Positions 44,133-54,784 of a stretch of 64,000 nt of DNA are shown piece by piece. The stretch covers positions 3,433 through 67,432 of the forward strand of contig JAIDWS010000022.1 in assembly GCA_029059055.1 (NCBI GenBank). Reading direction: 5' to 3'. The stretch's first letter is position 1. Each line of letters opens with the position of its first letter. Under the pieces are notes generated by a model. The model had not been told where the DNA came from and did no database searches. It worked only from the letters and a program-made list of their open reading frames with translations. This DNA is from Alphaproteobacteria bacterium. Lineage in GTDB: Bacteria > Pseudomonadota > Alphaproteobacteria > Rs-D84. Both the position numbers and the translations under genes were made by a program.

Positions 44133-44194
44133 GTTCAATCTCCTGATGCTTTGTTAAACAAAAAACCACCATTTTCGTGGTGGTCAGGAGGTTG
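44058..44194. repeat. inverted repeat, right arm
   Basis: Reverse complement of 42415-42551. Confidence 0.85.
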
Positions 44195-44408
44195 AGAACA
44201 ATTAATGGAATTGCACTGCTTATTGAATATTCAGCAGTCCTCCTGACCCAAAAACGGGTATGTTCAGGAGTCTTCGCCGGCACATATCAAAAACGGCGCC
44301 AATCGCGCGCCATCATGGTATTCCGACGCCATTAAAGAGGTTCTCACGCCCCATCACCGGAACCCCCGGTGACATAATAATTATATGCCGACGGTGCAGT
44401 TAATGCAA
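44133..44408 (-). promoter_or_regulatory. promoter plus structured leader RNA, copy C
   Basis: Minus strand: TTGCAT (44408-03), 17 nt, TATAAT (44385-80). 5' hairpin tcaccgg-GGGUU-ccggtga. Inner hairpin actgc-UGAAUAUUCAAUAA-gcagt. Its 3' third is near-identical to copy B. Confidence 0.6.
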
Positions 44409-44411
44409 TAC

Positions 44412-44441
44412 AAAAAACGGGGGCCGCGCCCCCGTTTTTTT
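44412..44441 (-). terminator. autotransporter gene terminator
   Basis: aaaaaacgggggccgcgcccccgttttttt, directly downstream of the stop at 44450. Confidence 0.7.
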
Positions 44442-44449
44442 CATCCGTA

Positions 44450-47400
44450 TCAGAATCTGTACGAACCGGATATCTTAATCTGATGCAACTGCATTTCCGT
44501 ATTATATTGATACCGGTAATCCAGACCAACCTGGACCCCGCTGGCCGACAGGATTTCCACCCCGCCCCCTGCGTTGGCCCACAACGGGTCCAAATCAATG
44601 TCATATGTGGTATACCCGCTGGCCGGTGCGAATTTGTATTTCGCGTGGTTCGGCGCACCCAGCAAATCGTATTCCACACCCACCGACAGATACGGGCGAA
44701 TCTGGAACCACGGCCCCGGATAGATACGCTTTTGCGCAATCAACGAATACCCCGGTGTCAACATCATGTATGCATCGGATTCCAATTTCATGTAATCGCT
44801 GCCGGCGGCCTTTTCGGTGACAGAAAATCCCGAATTGACGCCCACACGTGCATACAGATTGCCCACCAGATACTGGTTCAACCAATCATGCAGCAATCCC
44901 CATTCCGACGTCAATGCGAACGCGGTACCACTGCCATCGATGGACGCGACATAATTCTGTTCGCGCGACACATCCAACAGGTGCAAATCCAGATATGCGT
45001 TTCCATACAGACGCATCTTGGTCCCCAATGTCTTCATCAAATATCCGCCCAGGCCGATGTCTGTATCCGCCACGTCAACCTTGACATGTCCGGCGATATG
45101 CTGGCCGGGTTTATAGCCCAATTCCATGCTGTCGGAATTGTCGGACGACATGTGGGACACGCGGCCGGTCACACCCAAAATCAGTGTCGGATTTTCCTGC
45201 CAATCAAAACCACCCGATACGCTGAACCGGTCGCCACTGACACGTTTGCCATCGGATACGCGCTGATTAAACATGCCGAAATCCGCATCCAACCATGCCT
45301 TTTTCAAATTACGGTGACGATTCCAGATGAATTCGTCGAACATACGATCTTCGAAATTGCGGAAATTGGTATGTTCGTTCATCACGATATGACCCGCAAT
45401 TTGTTCGATTTCACGCGGCTGGAACAAACGGCTGAACCGGGCCAATCCACGACCATCGCGCGATGTGTTGTAATATTCCATGCGCTGATACAGTTCCTGG
45501 GCCATTTCCGCCATGTTTGTGTTTTTAAAGATTAACGGAATCGCTTCAATCGGTGTCCGGTTAAAGAATCCGGTCTGGGCCAATTTACCCGCAATCAATT
45601 TGTCCAATGCCCCCGCAGAAACATGTTCACCGGTGGTGTGGTCGCCTTCGCGGTCAACGATGGGCTGAATCTTAAAGACTTCGACCGGGCCACCGAAACG
45701 CGGGTCAAACACGATGTAAATGCTGTCCGGCACGCCGTCGCCATCGGTATCACGGACCGACAGAAACGCCGGCAAATCCAACCCGTCAACGCTGCCGTTA
45801 TTACCGGGCTTAATCGCGTCCAGATAATCAAAGCACATTGAACCGTCCGCATTACAGAACTTTACGAACAAATTGCGCATCTTTAACGCCAATTCTTCCA
45901 GGCCGCCGTCCGCATGCACCAACCAAATGGCATCGCCCTGGTCAACCATGTCAAAGATATCAATGCCAATTTGCGGATTGGTCAATGCCCCACCGTTAAT
46001 CGACGTACCCAAATCTGTAACATTGGAAATGAATTTCCCATTGACAGAAATCAAGGGTTCCGCCCCAACCGGATTGGTAATCTGGCCCAATGTGTTGTCA
46101 TTGTTCAGACTGACCGATGCCCAATAATTGCGGGTGGTCGCCGCCGGCGGCATGATGGCCGCGTGCAACAAACTGTCGGTGTCAAACGTATATGCACCAC
46201 CAACGGTCATTTCTTTTAATCCCACAAATCCAACGCCACCGGATACATCACCATCCACGTTAACCGTCAACCAATTGTTGTTGATTGTGCTGTCTTTGCC
46301 CTGGGCATAGACACGCAGATGTGATGCCAAAATACTGCCGTGGACATCCAAATCACTGGTGTTCAGGGTCATGCTGCCGGATTTTTGCTGAATCCCGTTT
46401 GTGATAACGTTTGATGCCGTAATGGTGTACGCATCCCCAATAACATTCGCATCACCCGCAGACGCCGATGTCATATTCTGTAACAAACGTCCCGCCAATG
46501 TAAACGCCCCGGTCGAATTCATACCCTGGCCCAGCAAAGTTGCCGAACCACCGGTCAATGTAAAGCTGGTGACGTTGGCCAAATCCGCCCCCGAATCCAG
46601 CGTCATTGTGCCCGCCATCCCGTTCACAACATCCAATGTCATGCCGTTTTGTGCGGTCAATGTCAATGTACCCGCATTCGTGACGTTGGCGGCGGTAATC
46701 GTTTTGGCCGAAATATCGGCGTCTGCGACGCTGACAACAATGATGTCGCCGGCAATCGTCGCCGCATCTGCGATGCGGTAATCCGCCGATAAGCCATTCG
46801 CCCGGAATGCCCCGTCAACGACCAAATTCTGGGCCGTGACGACCGAATTGTTACGCGTAATATTCAATACGCCACCGGTACCGCCAATCCCACTTTGGAC
46901 CAAATCGCCCGCCACGGTAATATTATTGGTCGCGGTAATCGTATTAACGTTCAAATTGGCATAACCACCGGTTACAGACAAATTATTCAGATTCCACGAC
47001 GTCCCCGTCACATCCAACGCGCCCGCCGTGGTCGACACCGCCGCAGACTGCATCGTGCCACCAGACATGGTAAATGCCCCGCTGTTGGTGATGCTGCCGG
47101 TATTGATGGGCCCGGAATTCTTGGCCGTGATGGCAACACTGCTGGTGTTTGTAATATCTTGGGTTGTGATGCTGGCCCCGTCAATGGTCAATGTCCCGGA
47201 ATTATCAATATCATTGGCCGATGTCACCGCACCGTTGGCATTGATATCCAATGTTCCCTGGGCATTTTTAACCAGCCCCGCCAACGTCACCGCATCACGC
47301 GAATTCAACGTCAATTTGTGTCCCGACGATATCGACATACCGCCGGCAATATTCATAGAACCACCGTTTCCGGTTGTGGCCAATGTGACATTGGTCGGCC

Positions 47401-49675
47401 CCGTGATAACCATACCCGACGTCGGGTTTGTTCCGTCAAACCAGATACCGCCCGCGATATCAATGGCGTTTGTATTTGCATCCGACGCATCAATCGTGGC
47501 ATTTACCGACGCGGATGACCCGTGCAAGATAAATTTGCCATTGCCGCCCAGACTGCCGACATCAATGTCCGCCACCGCCAGGTCGATTACCCCGCCGTCG
47601 CGCGCCGTCAACGCACCGGTTACATTCAAATTGGTGGCCAGATTACCGCCAAAAATCAATGCACCACGATTCGCCGCGGTGACATTGCCACCCACGTCCA
47701 GCGTTTGCGCATCAAAGCTGATGGTGCGCGCCATATCGTTTTCAATTGCGGAAATATTGCCGCCAATGTTAATTGCGTCGGTGGCCGTCATGACAAAGGT
47801 CTGGGGGCCGCCCGCCGCAATATTCACATTACCCGCGTCCAGAACCGGTGTCGCCGCCGCCGTAACATCACCCGCGATGTTTGCCGTGCCGGTAATGGCG
47901 ATTTCATGCGTGGCGTCGCCGATGTTCAAATCACCGCCGGTTACATTCAAATTATTGGTCACAGATACCGACCCGGTCAACGCAGTCAAATCCACCACGC
48001 CGCCCGATACATTCAAACCGCCCAGCGTTACCGCCCCGCCGGTCTGGTCAGACCCACGGATGGTCATGGTACCGTCGGCATTTGTAACCACGCCGTCAAT
48101 TTTAATCTGGCGCGATTCAATTTTCATTGTGCCACTGTTGGTGACGGTGCCGGTAATTGAAATATCCCCCGGCGTATTGGTATACGCATCAATCGCCATG
48201 TTCCCGACGTTCGACACCGTATTCAAGGCAATTTTTTGCCCGTTGATGTTCATGGTGGCCGTCGTGCTTTCATTCGCGACCGCACCGCCGACCGTTATGG
48301 TCCCATCGGCAATTAAATTCGTGGTTCCATCCCCACGGGCGGTCACACCCTGGGCCACATTAATGGTACCGGCACCGGCGTTGGCGGCGGTAATATTTAA
48401 ACTGGTACCGGAATTGGTAATGGAATTGGCTGTAATCGCCTGGGCGGCCAACATCATATCCGCATTGGCGTTTGTATCCCCGTTGATAATATCCGTCGTC
48501 AGGTTTAATTCCCCATTGCGCACGCGCACAATAAACGAATTCAAATTATTTGTAAACAATGCCAACCAGTTGTCATCCGACAAATTGGTCCCGAATCGCA
48601 ATGTACCGGTATCCAATTCAAACGTATTGGTATTCGGCATTGTGGTCAAATCGAACCCATTTTCCAGATATGTTTCACCGGTAACGTTAATGGCCAAAAT
48701 CCCCTTGTTCACCAAGGATGCGTCATTATGCGCCGAATCGGTCCCGGCCACGTTCAGGGACGTACCACTGATTTTCATTGTGCCGCCATCCGAATCGTTT
48801 TTCATGGTCCCGGACACCGTAATGGCACCGGCACTGGTGATTGTCATGGACGCGTTACCATTGGCATCAATCCCAGAATTTTCCACACTACCCGTCACAT
48901 CAATTCCACCGGTGGTTGTGGTGATATTCATACGTCCCGCCTGGTTTTGAATACTGCCCTGGGCGATGATATTGCCGGCGGTGATATCGGTATTTCCGGT
49001 ATGCGCGACAACAAAGTTCCCAGACGCGTCTGTATCCGCCAGATAGCTGCCATTTGTATATTGGCCCATAATCATTTGACCGGCGGCATTGATGGTAACG
49101 TCGCCCTGGTCATTGGCCAAAGTTCCCATTTTAATCGTATTGGCGTTAATGGCCAACGTACCGGCATTGGTCACACTGCCGGTGCCGGCGGTCAAGACGT
49201 CCCCGGTCCATGTTCCGACCGTTAACGCATCAATATTATTTAATGTCAATGACCCCTGGTTATCAATACTGCCCAGGGCGGCATTAATCGCGGCCACAGA
49301 CGTATTGTTGGGCAATTCCAGGGTCAACGCGCGACCATTTAAAACGCGCAATACGCCGCCAACCGACAGCGCGCCTTCGCTTTGCAGTGTAAATGACAGA
49401 TTGGTATTCGTCGCAATCAGCAATTGCCCGGTATCGGCACCAATATAATCTTGGCCGGCAATCATATCACCGGTAACAGAAATACCGCCGGTCCCCACAA
49501 CCACACCCGCGGGGGTTTGGTTATAACTGTTCCCCTGGATAATCACACTGTCGGTGTAATTAATGCCCGCCTGGTCCGGAATTAATCCGTCCGCCCCGGG
49601 TTCCAAATAAACAGGCGCCGCAACTGCACCAACCGGCAACAGGCAGCAAACAAAAGAAATTAGCTTTTTTATCAT
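44450..49675 (-). CDS. very large autotransporter (type Va) adhesin-like protein
   Basis: 1741 aa from ATG 49675. Signal peptide MIKKLISFVCCLLPVGAVAAP. A Cys-free passenger of about 1400 aa carries degenerate beta-helix-type repeats (G-T-L/I-x-I/V-N...). The C-terminal beta-barrel domain ends in ...KISGSYRF. Confidence 0.85.
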   Translation of the reverse strand: MIKKLISFVCCLLPVGAVAAPVYLEPGADGLIPDQAGINYTDSVIIQGNSYNQTPAGVVVGTGGISVTGDMIAGQDYIGADTGQLLIATNTNLSFTLQSEGALSVGGVLRVLNGRALTLELPNNTSVAAINAALGSIDNQGSLTLNNIDALTVGTWTGDVLTAGTGSVTNAGTLAINANTIKMGTLANDQGDVTINAAGQMIMGQYTNGSYLADTDASGNFVVAHTGNTDITAGNIIAQGSIQNQAGRMNITTTTGGIDVTGSVENSGIDANGNASMTITSAGAITVSGTMKNDSDGGTMKISGTSLNVAGTDSAHNDASLVNKGILAINVTGETYLENGFDLTTMPNTNTFELDTGTLRFGTNLSDDNWLALFTNNLNSFIVRVRNGELNLTTDIINGDTNANADMMLAAQAITANSITNSGTSLNITAANAGAGTINVAQGVTARGDGTTNLIADGTITVGGAVANESTTATMNINGQKIALNTVSNVGNMAIDAYTNTPGDISITGTVTNSGTMKIESRQIKIDGVVTNADGTMTIRGSDQTGGAVTLGGLNVSGGVVDLTALTGSVSVTNNLNVTGGDLNIGDATHEIAITGTANIAGDVTAAATPVLDAGNVNIAAGGPQTFVMTATDAINIGGNISAIENDMARTISFDAQTLDVGGNVTAANRGALIFGGNLATNLNVTGALTARDGGVIDLAVADIDVGSLGGNGKFILHGSSASVNATIDASDANTNAIDIAGGIWFDGTNPTSGMVITGPTNVTLATTGNGGSMNIAGGMSISSGHKLTLNSRDAVTLAGLVKNAQGTLDINANGAVTSANDIDNSGTLTIDGASITTQDITNTSSVAITAKNSGPINTGSITNSGAFTMSGGTMQSAAVSTTAGALDVTGTSWNLNNLSVTGGYANLNVNTITATNNITVAGDLVQSGIGGTGGVLNITRNNSVVTAQNLVVDGAFRANGLSADYRIADAATIAGDIIVVSVADADISAKTITAANVTNAGTLTLTAQNGMTLDVVNGMAGTMTLDSGADLANVTSFTLTGGSATLLGQGMNSTGAFTLAGRLLQNMTSASAGDANVIGDAYTITASNVITNGIQQKSGSMTLNTSDLDVHGSILASHLRVYAQGKDSTINNNWLTVNVDGDVSGGVGFVGLKEMTVGGAYTFDTDSLLHAAIMPPAATTRNYWASVSLNNDNTLGQITNPVGAEPLISVNGKFISNVTDLGTSINGGALTNPQIGIDIFDMVDQGDAIWLVHADGGLEELALKMRNLFVKFCNADGSMCFDYLDAIKPGNNGSVDGLDLPAFLSVRDTDGDGVPDSIYIVFDPRFGGPVEVFKIQPIVDREGDHTTGEHVSAGALDKLIAGKLAQTGFFNRTPIEAIPLIFKNTNMAEMAQELYQRMEYYNTSRDGRGLARFSRLFQPREIEQIAGHIVMNEHTNFRNFEDRMFDEFIWNRHRNLKKAWLDADFGMFNQRVSDGKRVSGDRFSVSGGFDWQENPTLILGVTGRVSHMSSDNSDSMELGYKPGQHIAGHVKVDVADTDIGLGGYLMKTLGTKMRLYGNAYLDLHLLDVSREQNYVASIDGSGTAFALTSEWGLLHDWLNQYLVGNLYARVGVNSGFSVTEKAAGSDYMKLESDAYMMLTPGYSLIAQKRIYPGPWFQIRPYLSVGVEYDLLGAPNHAKYKFAPASGYTTYDIDLDPLWANAGGGVEILSASGVQVGLDYRYQYNTEMQLHQIKISGSYRF

Positions 49676-49773
49676 ATTTTTTTGTTTAATTCCGATTACA
49701 ATTGTGCTTACATTATGGCACATAATTTGTTTGTTAGCCAAGCAAAAAGTAATCGCAAGGTGTAAAAATATAG

Positions 49774-51054
<1,281 letters not shown>

Positions 51055-51147
51055 TCACACACGGGGCGAATGCACCCATTCGCCCCGAAAAAAAACGGCC
51101 CACACATGATTTACAACATCAATATTTTATTACTAATAAAATATACG

Positions 51148-51312
51148 ATGGCGACAGCCATCGTACTGGGGATTATGTTGGCGCCGGCATACCTGGCCCG
51201 CGTTGCAGGCCGGGGAAAATACGACATGTTGTTGGTCCGAATTTACAGCTGGCTGTTCGGGTGGACCGGTATCGGTTGGTTGATCGCCCTGTTTTGGGGC
51301 ATCAAAAAATAA
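51148..51312 (+). CDS. small membrane protein, superinfection-immunity (Imm)-like
   Basis: 54 aa from the internal ATG. It has two TM segments and GWTGIGWLIALFWGI, the GW..GW...ALxWA pattern as I recall it. Confidence 0.45.
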   Translation: MATAIVLGIMLAPAYLARVAGRGKYDMLLVRIYSWLFGWTGIGWLIALFWGIKK

Positions 51313-51338
51313 TCCCGCCACGGCGGGATTATTTTTTT
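51309..51338. terminator. bidirectional terminator
   Basis: aataatcccgccacggcgggattattttttt. Confidence 0.65.
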
Positions 51339-52236
51339 ATTTATCTGTGTCCCACAGACCAAATCGCGTAATATAATTGAACGATATACCGATGATTATA
51401 TTACTGCCATAAACGTCGGCACCACGCGATTTTGCCAAACGATACTGGACATACGGCCCCATTGTGAAATTGCCCCACAAATTTGTATCCATGCGTAAAA
51501 CCGCACTTAAATCGCGTTCCAAATCCGTGCTGACATACCGGGAATAATCCAAATATTCACGATAATATCCATTGGTTGATAATTTGACGCCGTCGCGAAT
51601 TTTGTATTCAACGCGCCATCCCAATTCCACCCCCAGTTTACTGGTCTGGGCATGGGGAAATGTGAAATCATATTCATGCACGCCGGCCAAATACAAGCTT
51701 TTCAACACATGGTGGTCAAACAAAGAAATCCCGGCATTCGAACGAACAATATTTTGGCGCGGGTCACCAACAAATTCTGTTTCATATTGCACACCGACGG
51801 TCGGTCCAAACTTAAACCCGCCAAATTCCCAACATGCGTATGACAAATCCGTGGACAGCAAAATTTTGTCTGCGTTTTCGTCCGATGTTTCCGGCCCGTC
51901 ATACGGTTTCAGGGTTGTCTGGCCGTATTCCATAAACAGGCTGTTATCCCATTTGAATTTGTTCTTGCGATATTCCAGCGCCATATCGCCAATTCCCTTG
52001 ATAAAATCTTGGCTGGTGGCTTTTAATGCCTGGATGGGCGAATCCGTATATTCTGCGGTATTTCGTACCTGGGTTTTGGACAATTCCAACCCAATACGAC
52101 GGATATTCAGGAATAAAACCGTTTCACGTGCCTTTTTCGCGGCCGCATCTGCATCAGCCGCCGCAGTTTCATCCGCCATGGCCATGCACGGCATCATCAA
52201 CGCCATAAAAAATAAAGCTATTTTTTTCACTTCCAT
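51337..52236 (-). CDS. secreted protein, probable outer-membrane beta-barrel
   Basis: Signal peptide MEVKKIALFFMALMMPCMAMA and alternating aromatic/hydrophilic beta-strand patterns (GVQYETEF, GVELGWRVEYKI, GPYVQYRL). No family assignment. Confidence 0.5.
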   Translation of the reverse strand: MEVKKIALFFMALMMPCMAMADETAAADADAAAKKARETVLFLNIRRIGLELSKTQVRNTAEYTDSPIQALKATSQDFIKGIGDMALEYRKNKFKWDNSLFMEYGQTTLKPYDGPETSDENADKILLSTDLSYACWEFGGFKFGPTVGVQYETEFVGDPRQNIVRSNAGISLFDHHVLKSLYLAGVHEYDFTFPHAQTSKLGVELGWRVEYKIRDGVKLSTNGYYREYLDYSRYVSTDLERDLSAVLRMDTNLWGNFTMGPYVQYRLAKSRGADVYGSNIIIGISFNYITRFGLWDTDK

Positions 52237-52322
52237 TTCCCAATCCTGTTAACCGCGCCAACCATAGAAGCGATTATATATAATGTCAAGATTTTTGTCC
52301 GCGCACCGCGGACAATGCGCCA

Positions 52323-52946
52323 CTATTGCTGGCGCCACAGACGCAACGTCCCATCCATGTCCGCATACCGCCATCCGCCCGCCGCCACAGACGCCGTGAA
52401 TGCCGAACGGTTGGACGCTGGAATTTCCACAACCACCTGGGGGCCGGAAATACGACGCGTATACATTTCAATACCGTCATTGCGCGCAATGGATTGTAAA
52501 TTCACCCAATCACCCAATCCATTGGCCAGATTCACAAACACCAATGTCCGGTCCGCAGATGCAGAATCACCCAGCCAATTGGGAATCCCGTTGTCATTTA
52601 ACCAATTCTGTGCGGCAACGCGTTCCAGTGTCATCGTAATATTTGCGGAATACGTCGTTGCAGATTGCTGTTCATTATCAATACTGGACGATGTGATTAA
52701 ATACGTTAAATCGTTATCGGGTGCGTCTTTTAACAACAAATCCAATTGCGACGTATCCGAATATTGCCCCAATACGTCACGCACGATTTGACGGCGTGCT
52801 TCGGCCATGGCCATGTTTTTTGCCGTCGCGGCGGTATCACTGGTCACATTTACGGATGCACGGCCCGTCATGTTTGGTGCCGCAACGGCCCCGCCCGCAA
52901 CCAGACAAACACATGCTGTTACAAAGTTTCGCAATATTGATTTCAT
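52323..52946 (-). CDS. secreted hypothetical protein
   Basis: Internal ATG at 52946 gives signal peptide MKSILRNFVTACVCLVAGGAVAAP. It lies downstream of the 53035..54531 OMP gene. Confidence 0.5.
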   Translation of the reverse strand: MKSILRNFVTACVCLVAGGAVAAPNMTGRASVNVTSDTAATAKNMAMAEARRQIVRDVLGQYSDTSQLDLLLKDAPDNDLTYLITSSSIDNEQQSATTYSANITMTLERVAAQNWLNDNGIPNWLGDSASADRTLVFVNLANGLGDWVNLQSIARNDGIEMYTRRISGPQVVVEIPASNRSAFTASVAAGGWRYADMDGTLRLWRQQ

Positions 52947-53034
52947 GTTTTCTTTCCTGTTCCGCCCCACCCCCAGACGCCGCCGCCCACACGTGCCAAT
53001 GGCGCGTGTGGGCAACGTTTTTCAATCGGCATCA

Positions 53035-54531
53035 TCAGAACCGGGCGTTGATTCCGACGCGAATCCCCATAGATTTATAGAACGATTCGATTTCACCATT
53101 GGATTTGCACACCCATCCCGGACATTCGGATTGCAAATTCTTGATATTAATCGCAACCGGGTCACCCGTTTCTGGGTTCAACATGTCGTCTTCCCGATTG
53201 TCCCATTTGGTCGTCAACAAAGTATTATAGATATTCATATAATACGATTCGTTCAGATATGTTTTTGCATCGGCGTCACTGACACTGTAATAATCATATG
53301 TCAGTCCCACTGTCAACATAATGCGGTCGGTTAATGCCGTTTTCCAGTTTGCGCCCAAACCAAAGTGAATGGCACTGCCGATACCGGCTTCGTCTTGGAC
53401 ACTTTTCGGGTGTTGCCAGTCAAAGCGGTACGGTTGGTCACCTTCGGCGCTGTAACCGGGGAAACCCAATTCAACGTGCGCATTGACCGCGTTATTCTGG
53501 TTGATATCATAATCAACATCCATCGCCAAATACGGCCCAGACCACACGACATCATACGAATGGCTGGTTCCGGGCTGCTGATAATAATATGTCCCGGCGG
53601 TACCGATATGTGTTGCCCCCGCATGAACCGGTAACTGGTCGCTGACAGTGTCGCGCCAAACAACAGACTGTTTCCCATTCGCGTCATAGAAAATAATAAT
53701 CGGGTCGCACTGAACTTCGTCACTGCCTTCGACCTTGAAACAGGCCGCCGTGTCAACCGACAGACCGTAATTCTTTTTGGTTTCCAGATGATATTTCAAA
53801 TATCTGAATCCGATTGACGGTGTGATTCTGGCATTCCCCCATTTAAAGAAATCCGTCAACCCAAACCCGATATTAAATCCCAGCATATCGCCGCCATCAC
53901 TGGTCCCGATGGACAACGCATGGCCCAGCTGTTCGCCGATAATGTTGTTATTCTGGTCAATCCATTGGGTGATAAAATACCCACCGTTGGAAATATCGTC
54001 GTCAACCATGGTGGTTTCGCCGGCCTGCATACCGTACTTCAATCCGGCGGTCACCTGCATCGCGGTATTGCCCGCGCTGAAATTATACCCCCCGGACAAA
54101 TCAAACACGTTCCAAGAAATATTGTCATAGTGCAAAATACTCTTGGATTCGTTCATTTCAAACTGCCACTGGGCGGATTCACGTGAAATCCCGGCGTCGA
54201 CAAAGAAGCCCTGTTTATCCTTGGCCCCGGCGGACGCAGTACGCGACGTGGACGCATTGCCGGTCGATTGGGTCCGCGATGTTGTCGCCGCAGCCGTGGT
54301 CGGACGCGTCGACGCATAGCTGGAATATCCGGCCTGGGTCGCGGACGGATTGGTCCGTGCATACCCGGTGGTCTGGGCATATCCGCGTTGCATCTGGCTG
54401 TACCCGGTTTGTGTATATCTGGCCTGGGGCGACTGATACGCGCCGGTATAATATGTTCCCGCGGCGTTCGCTGCGCACGGCACCAGCACCGCCAAAGAAC
54501 ACTTGAATAACATTTGTGGTAGTTTTTTCAT
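53035..54531 (-). CDS. outer-membrane beta-barrel protein with Y/Q/T/S-rich N-terminal region
   Basis: Signal peptide MKKLPQMLFKCSLAVLVPCAANA. About 90 aa of low complexity (GAYQSPQARYTQTGYSQMQRGYAQTTGYARTNPSATQAGYSSYASTRPTTAAATTSRTQS), then amphipathic strands ending ...GIRVGINARF. Confidence 0.65.
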   Translation of the reverse strand: MKKLPQMLFKCSLAVLVPCAANAAGTYYTGAYQSPQARYTQTGYSQMQRGYAQTTGYARTNPSATQAGYSSYASTRPTTAAATTSRTQSTGNASTSRTASAGAKDKQGFFVDAGISRESAQWQFEMNESKSILHYDNISWNVFDLSGGYNFSAGNTAMQVTAGLKYGMQAGETTMVDDDISNGGYFITQWIDQNNNIIGEQLGHALSIGTSDGGDMLGFNIGFGLTDFFKWGNARITPSIGFRYLKYHLETKKNYGLSVDTAACFKVEGSDEVQCDPIIIFYDANGKQSVVWRDTVSDQLPVHAGATHIGTAGTYYYQQPGTSHSYDVVWSGPYLAMDVDYDINQNNAVNAHVELGFPGYSAEGDQPYRFDWQHPKSVQDEAGIGSAIHFGLGANWKTALTDRIMLTVGLTYDYYSVSDADAKTYLNESYYMNIYNTLLTTKWDNREDDMLNPETGDPVAINIKNLQSECPGWVCKSNGEIESFYKSMGIRVGINARF

Positions 54532-54632
54532 GTAACAATCCTGCCTTTCTATCAGATGTATTTTATCACAAAAAGGTTGAAGAAAAAAACGGTTTCTTGT
54601 AATATTGCCCCAGAAAATTTATTTTCCCACGT

Positions 54633-54718
54633 GCGGGTATGGCGGAACTGGTAGACGCGCCACTTTGAGGTGGTGGTGGGCTTTGCCCTTAGGAGTTCGA
54701 ATCTCCTTACTCGCACCA
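54633..54718 (+). tRNA. tRNA-Leu (anticodon GAG)
   Basis: gcgggtatggcggaactggtagacgcgccactttgaggtggtggtgggctttgcccttaggagttcgaatctccttactcgcacca. It has a long variable arm, anticodon loop tTGAGgt and an encoded CCA. Confidence 0.9.
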
Positions 54719-54784
54719 GATATTTTTACATTTTTTTCTGCTTGCCCCGATTTTCATAAATTTGCTAACATCCATATACAAAGG

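Noticed and set aside
47028-48950. A 640-aa + strand ORF, plus several 100-350-aa ORFs, across 44.4-49.7 kb
   Set aside because: They are antisense to the autotransporter gene. The repetitive, stop-poor composition of the passenger creates long shadow ORFs. Only the minus-strand frame has a signal peptide and a C-terminal beta-barrel ending in F.
54605-54784. The N-terminal 60-codon extension of the 1074-aa track ORF
   Set aside because: It would translate straight through tRNA-Leu (54633-54718). The ATG at 54785 has an SD and gives a canonical signal peptide.
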